The position numbers and the translations under genes were made by a program. DNA of 54,940 bases from a virus. Taxonomy: Duplodnaviria > Caudoviricetes. Positions 8,806 through 18,196 of this stretch are shown here, in pieces (positions within the stretch are counted from its first letter, which is position 1; each line of letters begins with the position of its first letter). The DNA lies in IMG/VR virus record IMGVR_UViG_3300027749_000137, positions 1 through 54,940 of that record. The stretch is one strand, 5' to 3'. The notes beneath the pieces were generated by a model that was given only the letters and a program-made list of their open reading frames with translations, had not been told where the DNA came from and searched no databases.

Positions 8806-9279
8806 TTAGCGGGTTCCGAAAGTCGTTTTAGAACTTCTTTCGGGGGATTGGATGCGCATTGTAGAGTGTGCGTTTTCTCGCATCAACTCATTGTCTACTG
8901 CGGACAACTGGTCCCGGGCCTTTTGACGGAAATAAGCATTACGCTCTTCAGCCGTTTCATGTGGAATCTTGGCAAGGAGCAAGCCCCCTGTTGAAATTAC
9001 CCCTGCATGTTTACCTTCGTCAATCGTAGGTAACAGGCCTTGGTATTCCTCCGGCAATTCTTCAATGCGCACGAGTTCATAACCTTCGCGCAAGCTGCTG
9101 TACACATTTTGCTTGTCGACAAATCCATTGACTTCTGAACGAATCCAACGGTAGCCGAATCCCTCTGGGGCGGGTGGGGTGTCTAATTTAGAAGGCGGTG
9201 CCCATGGCTTGCGACGAGTTTCCTTTTCCCGAGTGGTGCGGGCGGCTCTATCGATGGTAAGTTTTTCGCTCATGATCAT
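8806..9279 (-). CDS. Conserved head-module protein
   Basis: WAPPSKLD.P.APEG..YRWIR, REGYE.V and GGLLLA motifs; lies between scaffold and capsid genes. Confidence 0.7.
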   Translation of the reverse strand: MIMSEKLTIDRAARTTREKETRRKPWAPPSKLDTPPAPEGFGYRWIRSEVNGFVDKQNVYSSLREGYELVRIEELPEEYQGLLPTIDEGKHAGVISTGGLLLAKIPHETAEERNAYFRQKARDQLSAVDNELMRENAHSTMRIQSPERSSKTTFGTR

Positions 9280-10187
9280 TCCTTCACGTATTTAGCGTAT
9301 TCCTCAAGAGGAACACCCAATTTTTTTGCAATAGCAATCTGACTCGGCGATAGCCGGACAGTACGGCGCGCACTATTAATCCCCGAACTACGGGAAGCAG
9401 GTGCAACAGCAGGCGCGGAACGCTGTTGTCTGGTTTCATTTGCGAAGCGTTTCGGGAGCTCTTCCCGAAGTCTTCGATTTAACTCATTATAGTATTCATC
9501 AGAATCGGGTTCAACCCCCTCTTGCTCAATAAGGGACTGATGAATACCCCAAGCGGCGTATGTTGCCACGCGATCTTGGCCAAACCAAGGGTTTTCCTCC
9601 GCCCACTGCTCTGCGCGGGGGGATGGAGGAGCCTTTTGTGGCTGCGGAGCAACATTCTGAGGTTGCTGAGCAGTTTGTTGGGCTTGCTCTTGGTAATGCT
9701 GGACCTGCTGCTCCTGTGTTTGGAGCCAACCAGACACTTTTCGCTGCTCTTGGGTAAGATCGGTTAGCCGTTGGACTGCTTCCGTTTCAGTATCAATGTC
9801 ACCCTCTTCCCGCGCCTTGCGGATGATGGCTTTTAGCGTGGTTTGCTGGCCTTCCAGTCGGGTTTTAGCTTCATTGAGGCGGCTGTAGTCGGTGTGTACC
9901 AACTTTTGCTCCAAAGTCTGCTTTTCCGTCTGCAATCCACGGGCAAAATTAAGCGCAGCGTCCTTTTGGCGTTCTGCTTCCCGCATCCGGGCTGTTAATT
10001 TTGCGATACGCTTCTGAACGCCTTCGCTGACAGAGTCAAGCTCGTCCTTTGGCTCTTGAGGCTCAGGGGTATACCCTTGATTTACGGATTTGTCTTCAGC
10101 GCCTTCTTCCACGGTCACATTTGTGGCCACTTCTCCGTCACCTAGATCAAATTCCAACTGTTCATCATTCATAAATTGTCGTGCCAT
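9276..10187 (-). CDS. Capsid scaffolding protein
   Basis: Acidic N-terminus, long coiled coil, WAEENPWFG and C-terminal IAKKLGVPLEEYAK. Confidence 0.75.
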   Translation of the reverse strand: MARQFMNDEQLEFDLGDGEVATNVTVEEGAEDKSVNQGYTPEPQEPKDELDSVSEGVQKRIAKLTARMREAERQKDAALNFARGLQTEKQTLEQKLVHTDYSRLNEAKTRLEGQQTTLKAIIRKAREEGDIDTETEAVQRLTDLTQEQRKVSGWLQTQEQQVQHYQEQAQQTAQQPQNVAPQPQKAPPSPRAEQWAEENPWFGQDRVATYAAWGIHQSLIEQEGVEPDSDEYYNELNRRLREELPKRFANETRQQRSAPAVAPASRSSGINSARRTVRLSPSQIAIAKKLGVPLEEYAKYVKE

Positions 10188-10196
10188 GGCTGTTCC

Positions 10197-10670
10197 TTAC
10201 ATGTGGAGAATGTCATTGGGGTCATTGATCGTGGCCAAGATCTCGTCATCGTTCAAGATTCGGATTTCGCCGCCTTCAATGTTCATCCGGGCACCGGCAT
10301 AACGGCCAAAGATGATCCAATCGCCTTCCTTGCACCACGGACCGTGGGGGAATTTGTTGGTATCGGCGTATGCCAAGGGACCGACTGCCAAAACGTAGGC
10401 GCAAGTGGTCGTCAGTTGCTGCCGATCCATGGTTTGACCGGGCAACAAGACACCACCTTTGGTTTGGCTGGCCCCACGGTAAGGAAGTACCACAATCCGC
10501 CATCCAGTTGGATTTGGAAGATGGTTTTTAATGCTGTCAACACGCTCATCATGCTCTTTTTTAGCCAATTCTTCGTTGGCAGCAAGGGCAAGTGCTTCTT
10601 TGGCCTCAGCTTCTGCCTTGGCGGCAAATTCCTGAGCCCATTTCTCTTCCAATGAAGTAGTTTCTGTCAT
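10197..10670 (-). CDS. groES: GroES-like co-chaperonin
   Basis: PTGWRIVV, TKGGVLLP, VLAVGP, GRYAG and ILNDDEILA cpn10 motifs. Confidence 0.9.
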   Translation of the reverse strand: MTETTSLEEKWAQEFAAKAEAEAKEALALAANEELAKKEHDERVDSIKNHLPNPTGWRIVVLPYRGASQTKGGVLLPGQTMDRQQLTTTCAYVLAVGPLAYADTNKFPHGPWCKEGDWIIFGRYAGARMNIEGGEIRILNDDEILATINDPNDILHM

Positions 10671-10679
10671 CGATAGTCC

Positions 10680-10865
10680 TTAAAGGTTGGGATTTTTGTT
10701 TAAAAGATCCTGAACGGCCTCTTCAACAAACCTAAACCCCTCTAACCGGCCCATCATGTACTTGTACTGCTCCATATTTTGTATCCGACCACTCAAAATC
10801 AGGTCATCGGACTCCCTACGGAGTCTTTTAATCTGATTAAAAACGGCTTCTGCAAATTCCAGCAT
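10680..10865 (-). CDS. Small conserved head-module protein
   Basis: 61 aa with MEQYKYMMGRLEG; AGGAG SD; between portal and GroES. Confidence 0.7.
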   Translation of the reverse strand: MLEFAEAVFNQIKRLRRESDDLILSGRIQNMEQYKYMMGRLEGFRFVEEAVQDLLNKNPNL

Positions 10866-10933
10866 GGATTTCTCCTATGAAAGCAGACAGTTTAGGCCCC
10901 TGTCTGAAGGGTTCCCACTAACTATAGCGGATA

Positions 10934-11065
10934 TTACGCAAGTTTTACCTTGTTAAACGCATCTTTTCGGTAGACATACGTCACTTTTGCCTTTTCCGCA
11001 CCTTTTTCTGCCTTTTTTGGCACCGGTTTTGGCATTTGTTTCATCTGTTTGGGCTTATTGGCCAT
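10934..11065 (-). CDS. Small basic protein (43 aa)
   Basis: Hand-translated MANKPKQMKQMPKPVPKKAEKGAEKAKVTYVYRKDAFNKVKLA; AGGAG SD inside the portal 3' end. Confidence 0.55.
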   Translation of the reverse strand: MANKPKQMKQMPKPVPKKAEKGAEKAKVTYVYRKDAFNKVKLA

Positions 11066-13385
11066 TTTTTACTCCTAATTGTTGCTGTTTTAGCATCAAA
11101 TTTGCCTGATCCATCTGGGATTTTTCCGCTTGACGGGCCTGATCCAACTGCAATTTGGATTGATCAATCTGGGTTTTGGCCTGATCGCTGGCAGCATTCT
11201 GCTGAAGCTCCTGTTTCTTCAAATCAATCAATGGGTCCGGGGGCGGATTACCTTGCAATTGGTTTTGCAAGTCCTTCACTTCCTTAAAGAACTGGGCTAC
11301 CTTAAGCGCAACCAATGCTTCACGCTGCAATGGGGACACCATTTGATCTGGGTCCGTGCCGTACTGCTTAAACAAGTCAGCTTCCACTGTCTCTTCTGCC
11401 TTTACCGTGATGTGATCAAAGATATGCTTTTGCAGAGTAACCGCCACGTTGGGCATTCCTTGCAGCATGGGCGACAAACCAAACATGATGTGCGTCATGA
11501 TGTGCGCATCATGCTGTTGGCCAGCAAAAGCTTTGAGCGGTGATCCATCCAATGCCTGTGCGTTTTCGCTTGCAGGATCTTTTGGCTTGTCCACGTTTTG
11601 CGTGTTTAAAATTGAATCAATATCCCGCACACCAATTGCTTGGTACATGCGGTAGTACGACTCGTACATATTGTGCATCTGTGGTGCGCTTTGGGCCAGT
11701 TGCAACTGGGTCTGCGCCATTGTGATGCGCTGCGCCACCGAGAAGATGTTGGGGTCAGACACCGGCAATACATCAATGCGGTCATCAAAGTCTGCGCGTT
11801 TAATAATGCGGGACTCGCCGGGGACATCGTACGGATAAGTATCGGGTAGAAACTCTCCAAAACCTTTGGCCAGCAACTGGAACTCCAGCTTCTGTGCGTA
11901 GTGCAAGCGCTTGTGGATGGCCGACATGACCGAGCTGCCTTTTTCCAGCAGCGCAATCGTGGTTCCAACAGCAGCATTTTGGTTGCTATCGCCAACTTGC
12001 ATGTCGGTGATCGAAGCCATACGGCGACCAGCATCCACGCAGAAACCAAGCAGTGCAAACAACGTTTGGCTTGGCTCTTTGTAAGGCAACGGTAGCAGGG
12101 ATGACTGCAACTCTGCGCCGCCTGCATCCATATCGCGGAACTCACCGGGCTGCAATGGCACGTCATCGTTCATGATACGTGCGCCCTTGGCCTTGAAGCC
12201 CGCTGGCAGGTTAGCAAATGTACCTGCATCGACCAACTGCTGCAATGCAGCCGAAGAAGTCTTGGACAAACCGCCTACCAAGTGCAAGAAGCCAAGGCCA
12301 TAAGCCCCCGGACCTTGCACCAAGACGTAGTGCACGTAGTACTGGACGCGCCGATGCTTCTTATCGCCCTCTTTCCAGTTGCGGCGGATGCCTACAACGT
12401 CACCAGATACCTCATCCAAGGTAATGATGTACGGCAGTTGGATGCCAGTCGGCTCCCCTTCTTCATCCTTGTCCTCAAACCCGGGCAGATCGTAATCAAT
12501 TTGGAATTCCAACAGGTTGACTTCTTCTGTATCAGGGCTGGGCTGGATGCCAGTAACTTTGTCCACAGCCTTTTGGATGATGCTGGGATTGTTGTTGGAC
12601 ATCGAAGCAGGTTCAGCAGAGTCTAAATACTGACCGCGAACCACGGCTTTGCGATACGCATTGGCGGACATTGGAACGCGATGCGTAATACGCTCGCATT
12701 CGCTCATGACTGAAGAACCGTTGTACGGGATGTACAGGTTGTCAGCCAGTACCAAAGCGCTAACCATGCGCCCTTTGTCCTCGTCGTAGTACACCTTCTT
12801 GAACGTCGATCCGCCGTAGCCTGTGTAGAACAGCAGTTGGTCAAACTCAGGTGTGTACTCTTCCATCACCGTAGTGATTTCGTAGTTCATAAAGTCGCGC
12901 ACGCGCTGCGCCTGCATCAGCTTCTCGCGGGTTTCCTTGCCCAACACTTGTGTGCGCACCGGGCCGTCAGCGGGCATCAGTTCCTTGAGCGCCTGCGCTT
13001 GGAATTGAACGATGCTTTCGGTTAGCAGAGGATGCTGCACGCCGCACGCGCCTTTGAACGGACGGGTACGCTCGTCCAAAGTAAAGCCAAGGAGCTTTAA
13101 ACCCTTGCTGTACTGATCCTCCCAGTCTTTGCGGGAAGATTTGTCAGCGTCAAACATGTCCAAAAGCTCTTGCGAGATGTTGGCCAGCACGGATTCCTCG
13201 ACCACCTCGGCAAGGTTGCTGTCAAAGGGGACTTCGGCATCGTCTTCTGCACCGATGTCAACCAGCACATCGCCGGTTTCCTTATCAAAAGAGATGTTGA
13301 CATCGGGCAATGGACCGTCATCGACCTCCACATCCATGCTGCCCGCAGGCAGATCTTCAGAGCGTATTGATTTTTCAACTGACAT
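11055..13385 (-). CDS. Portal protein
   Basis: 776 aa with HPLLTESIVQFQAQA, GSTFKKVY, DAGTFANLPAGFK and SAIHKRLH; Gln-rich C-terminal coil as in P22-like portals. Confidence 0.9.
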   Translation of the reverse strand: MSVEKSIRSEDLPAGSMDVEVDDGPLPDVNISFDKETGDVLVDIGAEDDAEVPFDSNLAEVVEESVLANISQELLDMFDADKSSRKDWEDQYSKGLKLLGFTLDERTRPFKGACGVQHPLLTESIVQFQAQALKELMPADGPVRTQVLGKETREKLMQAQRVRDFMNYEITTVMEEYTPEFDQLLFYTGYGGSTFKKVYYDEDKGRMVSALVLADNLYIPYNGSSVMSECERITHRVPMSANAYRKAVVRGQYLDSAEPASMSNNNPSIIQKAVDKVTGIQPSPDTEEVNLLEFQIDYDLPGFEDKDEEGEPTGIQLPYIITLDEVSGDVVGIRRNWKEGDKKHRRVQYYVHYVLVQGPGAYGLGFLHLVGGLSKTSSAALQQLVDAGTFANLPAGFKAKGARIMNDDVPLQPGEFRDMDAGGAELQSSLLPLPYKEPSQTLFALLGFCVDAGRRMASITDMQVGDSNQNAAVGTTIALLEKGSSVMSAIHKRLHYAQKLEFQLLAKGFGEFLPDTYPYDVPGESRIIKRADFDDRIDVLPVSDPNIFSVAQRITMAQTQLQLAQSAPQMHNMYESYYRMYQAIGVRDIDSILNTQNVDKPKDPASENAQALDGSPLKAFAGQQHDAHIMTHIMFGLSPMLQGMPNVAVTLQKHIFDHITVKAEETVEADLFKQYGTDPDQMVSPLQREALVALKVAQFFKEVKDLQNQLQGNPPPDPLIDLKKQELQQNAASDQAKTQIDQSKLQLDQARQAEKSQMDQANLMLKQQQLGVKNGQ

Positions 13386-13394
13386 GTTTTGTCC

Positions 13395-16300
13395 TTATAG
13401 GTAGCGGCGATTATCGTCCGATTGGCGTTCAACAGAACCGCCATGCCGGAATTTAACACCTTCTTTCAAGACTTTTGCAGCGGCTTCCGGGGTCCAAGCC
13501 ACACCGTGGACCAAGATTGGGTTGCCATCTTTGTCCTGAAGTTGGATATTACGGATTTCAAAACCTGCTTTTTCCCCACCAAGATCTTTTACAACCTGCT
13601 TAAGATTGATTGGTACTTTTTTCTCGTACAACTGCGACTGTTTTGATTCTGCCCCGGGGAAAGTAGCAAAACTGCCTCCGTCCCGCATGGTGGCTTGAAT
13701 GGAATTTTTCATCAACAGTTGTTGTTCCACAGAAGGGTTTGTCTCAAAACCATGGAAAGGTTGTTCCAGCTTATATGTGGGCGCTTCTCTTCCTGCTGCA
13801 TTTATGCGTTTTTGCAAAATAAGCTTACGTTGATCCAATTTAGCCAACTCTGCATTAATTTGCTCAGGATTTCCTTTAGGGGGATTTGCCCGCATCTGCC
13901 CAATTTTACTGGTTAAATCTTCATATTCTGCTTTATCCTTTTCAAGGCTTCCGCCTGCCGGACCTTTTTTTCGAATATCCTGTGCAAGGTCAGATTGCAA
14001 TTCATGGTAGTGTCTGCCCTTAACATTACTCCCCATGCCCGGGATAGCCGCTTCATGCTCCGAGTAACGGGAAAAACCAATTGGATGCGCCTGACCTGCG
14101 ATAGTTCCGTGCTGGCCACCATATGGCGCTACATCCTCTAATGATGCTTCTAGCCTCCGTACTTCAGGGGTAATGTCCCGTTGTATGCCTACTTTTAAGT
14201 CATTGTATTTTTGCAGGATAGGGTCAAGTGCATCGTTTAATTGTTGTTTAAATTCTGGTTGTGCACGAAATAACTCATGCGTGGGAATTCCTTCAGGTCT
14301 ACCGAAAACGTCAGGCTTACTAGAAATTACAGCCTCTAGGTCTGGGAGTTTTGCAGGATCAACCCCTACCGCTTTTAACCTATCTATGGCCTCTTGTCCT
14401 ATCGCACGGGTTGCGGCTTGGTGGGCTAAAAGTTCTCTTTCAGCCAAAGGAACTGTGGACCCCTCCATACCTTTATCTATGGCGTTATATATTTCCCAAT
14501 ATGGCCTATTACTTTTGGCATCTGTATATATGACAGGGAACATAAGTCCCCTTGCTGCATCCGATATCTCCTTGGTTTTTTGCGATATCTCATTTATATC
14601 GTTTGTGTATGCATTTACTTTATTCAGTAAAGACTTACTGGCAGGAAGATCCTTTAGTAAAGGAGATGAGCCTATTAAAGATTTAATCTTATCTACATCT
14701 ACACGAAAGTTTCCATTAATGTCTGTGTTGAAATTAACAAAATCTTTTATGGCACTGATTGTGCTTTTTGCATCTTTTGCAGAAGCTGCCACTTCAGGAG
14801 GCATGTCTAAGTACAGATTTGTTGTACCTAATTGCTTACCAAACACATTGTCTTGGCTTTCCCAGAACTTAGACCCAGTAGTATCTACCGAAAGATCCTC
14901 CGATTTAAACCGTTGGGGAGAATAAGTTTTGCCAAGCGTTTCTTTTAGTTGTTCAGGGGTTATCTTGGCATTTGCAGGGATATCCGCAAGCGCTGCTTCC
15001 AAACGCTGGACATCGTACTCCCGCAAATTTTTTTTAACTTGATTGATAAGCTGTTGTTTCTGCACAGGACCGGGCAGTTGGTCTACAAGTTGGTCCAATC
15101 TTCCAACAAACGGGCGATCAGCCGGTGTTGAAATTTCTTCGGGGGGTGCAACTGGAACAACTTCTGGTAGGGCAGGTGTTCTTTGCGCTGCTTGTTCCAT
15201 TGCCGCTGCTTCGGCTGGCGCAGGGATAAAGTCGTCTATGGCTTGATGACCTTCTGGAGCCAACGCTACTTCCCCCCATCCGGCTGGGTTGGGTGCGACT
15301 TCCGGTGCGACTTGAGCAGCCGGGGATGGGCGGGCTACTCCCGCCGCATCCAACCGACGATTCATTTCCCGAATTGCTTGGAGTTGACGATCTATATCCT
15401 CATTCATCCGAGCAACAGCGGCTAAGTTTTCACTTGTCGGTGCGGCTTTGGCTGCGACTTGTGCAGTCTTCAATCCGTTGTATGCATTCTTCAGCATTTC
15501 TGCCGCAGTAGCACCCGTGCGCATTGCACCGCGAACCACGGAGGCAGGGTTGAGCAACCCGGCTCCCATCTCCCCCATCATTCGGAAACCTTGGTCCTGT
15601 GGGTCTTTGGAATCCTCTGGGCGGATACCATATTTGGTGGCTTGCTCCTTGATCCAATCACTTCCCATCACGGGCTTTTGTTCTTTGTAACCAGCCGGAC
15701 GCATGGCCATGGATACTAAATCAACAGGTGCACCTGCGAGATCGTAGGGGAGATCCAATGCTCCTTTGCCAATGTTTTCTACGTTACGTACTGTTCCTTT
15801 GGCCACCCCCTTGAGCATCTTGGCTGCTTCTGAAGGATTGAAGTCCTTGCCCTTGGCCATGGTGTCCGAGGTGATCGGACCGCTGTCGGCTACCCCCATG
15901 GGATCTTGGAAGTAATCCGTGCTCTCTCCGGTAGCAGGAGAACCATCGGCGCGAGATATGGGAGTCACGGCAAACGGGCTTTGCTGGTTAATACCAGTAG
16001 GCATCAAGTTGTTTGGCAAGCCTTGGTTACTGCCAAAACCAGAATTAAATGGCATTGGTGCAACAGTGGCAGCCCGCATAGCAATCATTGTTGGCGTAGG
16101 TGTTGCCAAATTGTTATACATATTGGCATTGTTATACGGCGCAGCAACAGGAGCGCTGTTCACATAAGCAAACGGATCAACAGGATGGTTGTACGCTTGG
16201 TACGGAACATATTGTGTGCTTGGTACTTCTACGGGTCCCATGGTTATCACTGACCCCGTTGTACCTGAAGTAGTTCTACTGGTAGTTGTTGGAGCAACAG

Positions 16301-18149
16301 TTGTAGTGTTTCCTCCAGTGACAATGGGAGGCGACCAAATAGATGTGGTCCACGGAGGGGCAATTGTGGTCCACACATAAGTACTTGTAAGTGTCGGTGT
16401 CGATGTCGGGGCTATCGTAGAAGTAGAAGTAGAAGTAGATGTTAGCGTGGGCGTAGACGTATTGGTTGTCTCTGGAAATGCTGTTGGCTCTAACGTAACT
16501 ACTGGCGGCAAAGTAAATACACTTATCCACGGATCAGTAGTTTCACGCTTACCCGTAATGATTACTTGGGATAACGTATTGGTTTGAGTAGGGGTTGGAG
16601 TTCCCGTATTAGTTGTCTCTGGAAATGCCGTTGGCTTTAACGTAACTACTGGTGGCAAAGTAAATACACTTATCCACGGATCTGTTGTTTCACGCTTGCC
16701 CGTAATGATTACTTGGGATAACGTATTGGTCTGCGTAGGGGTTGGGCTTGCCGTATTAGTCGTCTCTGGAAATGCCGTTGCCTGTAACGTAACTACTGGC
16801 GGCAAAGTAAACGCAGTCAACCACGGATCAGTAGTCTCTTTTTTACCTACTACTGTCACCGGAGCAAACACAGTTCCGCCAGTATCCACTACTGTGTTAT
16901 TTAAATTTGTTCCATTTTGATTCTGCAACTGGCTAAGCAAGAAGGGATCAACCCCTTCTTTGTTGCCTGTAACTGTCACCGTACCCAAATCAGTACCATT
17001 CCCACCTACAGTGGAATCAACACCATTCCCGCCTACAGTGGAATCAGTACCTACGATCTGGCTGATCAAAGTATTAAGATCGGTAGCCGCATTGGTATTA
17101 GAACTGTTGGCATCTCCAACAACAGGTATCTGATTTAAAAACGCTTGCAAGCTATTGGCGTCTGCCCCAGTCAGCAACCCAGCATTCTGATAGTTGGCTG
17201 CGGTATCCGGATTACCATAGGTATATCCGTTGTCGCCAAAGGTGTATCCGCCACCATTTTCGCTATTTCCAAAGTTGTTCCCAAAATCACTGCCGCCGCC
17301 ACTGCTTATCCAACCGCCGTACTCTCCGCTATCCCCTACGTTGGCAGAATCAGCAAATGTACCTATAGCCGCGTGCACCGGACCACCGGGCGGCATCTTC
17401 ACTTCCCCACCCTTAGCCATGGTCCTCGGAGCTTGCTCCTCGGGGAATGGACTGCGCACAGCCAAATCAACACTGGCCAGCGCCGGAGGTTTCACCTGAG
17501 CCAGCCACTGCGATGCTACGCTGGGTTCGGTGCGCTCCTTATAAGCCTGCACCGTTGGATCATCCTCGTCAGAGTTATCCGCCAAGAACGACAGAGCCAT
17601 CGCGGCTTGGTAGTTTGGTCCGAGGGCCGCGAGCATCGCAGCTTTATCTTCTGTCGGCTGTTCAGCCTGCGCCATCCGCGCAGCACCGGCCACGGGCCGA
17701 GGAGCGGGGGCCGCTTGATCCATAGGACTGACAGCAGGTTTTTGCGCTACCTGCTGGCCCAGCTTGGAGCCAGTAACCTTCTCAACGTACTTGGCTGTCT
17801 CATCGGGGACCGCGCCCTTCTTACCGCTGGCCACCCACTTATCAACATTACCCGGGCCCCAGTTGTAAGCCGCAGCCGCCAAGGTTGGATCGTTGTTGTA
17901 CTTTTGCAGCATGGCCGCTGCGTAATCCTTGCCCACCCGTGCCCGCTCTTCAGGAGATTTATTGCGCGCCGGTTCTACCCCAAAACCCGGATCAAGAAAG
18001 GTTTTATCCAAAACCTGCATCTCACCCTTGGCAGTACCATGCTTAGTCTTAGGACCTTGCAACAATTTACCATTGGCATCATAGCGGCGCTTGTTGCTTT
18101 CCGCTTCCATGATTTTGTCAATAAATTCCTGATTCGGATCTTTAGCCAT
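13395..18149 (-). CDS. Large virion/ejection protein: N-terminal lytic transglycosylase, Thr/Pro-rich middle, C-terminal HELQSD domain
   Basis: SLT motifs (MEAES, AKGEMQV, AAYNWGPG, ET.KYV); 49-aa repeats; ELQSD motif typical of large polyvalent phage proteins. Confidence 0.75.
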   Translation of the reverse strand: MAKDPNQEFIDKIMEAESNKRRYDANGKLLQGPKTKHGTAKGEMQVLDKTFLDPGFGVEPARNKSPEERARVGKDYAAAMLQKYNNDPTLAAAAYNWGPGNVDKWVASGKKGAVPDETAKYVEKVTGSKLGQQVAQKPAVSPMDQAAPAPRPVAGAARMAQAEQPTEDKAAMLAALGPNYQAAMALSFLADNSDEDDPTVQAYKERTEPSVASQWLAQVKPPALASVDLAVRSPFPEEQAPRTMAKGGEVKMPPGGPVHAAIGTFADSANVGDSGEYGGWISSGGGSDFGNNFGNSENGGGYTFGDNGYTYGNPDTAANYQNAGLLTGADANSLQAFLNQIPVVGDANSSNTNAATDLNTLISQIVGTDSTVGGNGVDSTVGGNGTDLGTVTVTGNKEGVDPFLLSQLQNQNGTNLNNTVVDTGGTVFAPVTVVGKKETTDPWLTAFTLPPVVTLQATAFPETTNTASPTPTQTNTLSQVIITGKRETTDPWISVFTLPPVVTLKPTAFPETTNTGTPTPTQTNTLSQVIITGKRETTDPWISVFTLPPVVTLEPTAFPETTNTSTPTLTSTSTSTSTIAPTSTPTLTSTYVWTTIAPPWTTSIWSPPIVTGGNTTTVAPTTTSRTTSGTTGSVITMGPVEVPSTQYVPYQAYNHPVDPFAYVNSAPVAAPYNNANMYNNLATPTPTMIAMRAATVAPMPFNSGFGSNQGLPNNLMPTGINQQSPFAVTPISRADGSPATGESTDYFQDPMGVADSGPITSDTMAKGKDFNPSEAAKMLKGVAKGTVRNVENIGKGALDLPYDLAGAPVDLVSMAMRPAGYKEQKPVMGSDWIKEQATKYGIRPEDSKDPQDQGFRMMGEMGAGLLNPASVVRGAMRTGATAAEMLKNAYNGLKTAQVAAKAAPTSENLAAVARMNEDIDRQLQAIREMNRRLDAAGVARPSPAAQVAPEVAPNPAGWGEVALAPEGHQAIDDFIPAPAEAAAMEQAAQRTPALPEVVPVAPPEEISTPADRPFVGRLDQLVDQLPGPVQKQQLINQVKKNLREYDVQRLEAALADIPANAKITPEQLKETLGKTYSPQRFKSEDLSVDTTGSKFWESQDNVFGKQLGTTNLYLDMPPEVAASAKDAKSTISAIKDFVNFNTDINGNFRVDVDKIKSLIGSSPLLKDLPASKSLLNKVNAYTNDINEISQKTKEISDAARGLMFPVIYTDAKSNRPYWEIYNAIDKGMEGSTVPLAERELLAHQAATRAIGQEAIDRLKAVGVDPAKLPDLEAVISSKPDVFGRPEGIPTHELFRAQPEFKQQLNDALDPILQKYNDLKVGIQRDITPEVRRLEASLEDVAPYGGQHGTIAGQAHPIGFSRYSEHEAAIPGMGSNVKGRHYHELQSDLAQDIRKKGPAGGSLEKDKAEYEDLTSKIGQMRANPPKGNPEQINAELAKLDQRKLILQKRINAAGREAPTYKLEQPFHGFETNPSVEQQLLMKNSIQATMRDGGSFATFPGAESKQSQLYEKKVPINLKQVVKDLGGEKAGFEIRNIQLQDKDGNPILVHGVAWTPEAAAKVLKEGVKFRHGGSVERQSDDNRRYL
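16450..16870 (-). repeat. About three copies of a 147-bp (49-aa) tandem repeat
   Basis: CCACGGATC recurs at 16527, 16674 and 16821 (period 147); a (GTAGAA)n microsatellite lies at 16417-16440. Confidence 0.9.
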
Positions 18150-18196
18150 GGTCCGTGGTCCTTGGAGGGTGTTACTACCCTCATTCTACAAGTTTG

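Noticed and set aside
16450-16870. Diversity-generating retroelement TR/VR pair
   Set aside because: Repeats are tandem and in frame, differences are not adenine-specific, and no reverse transcriptase was found.
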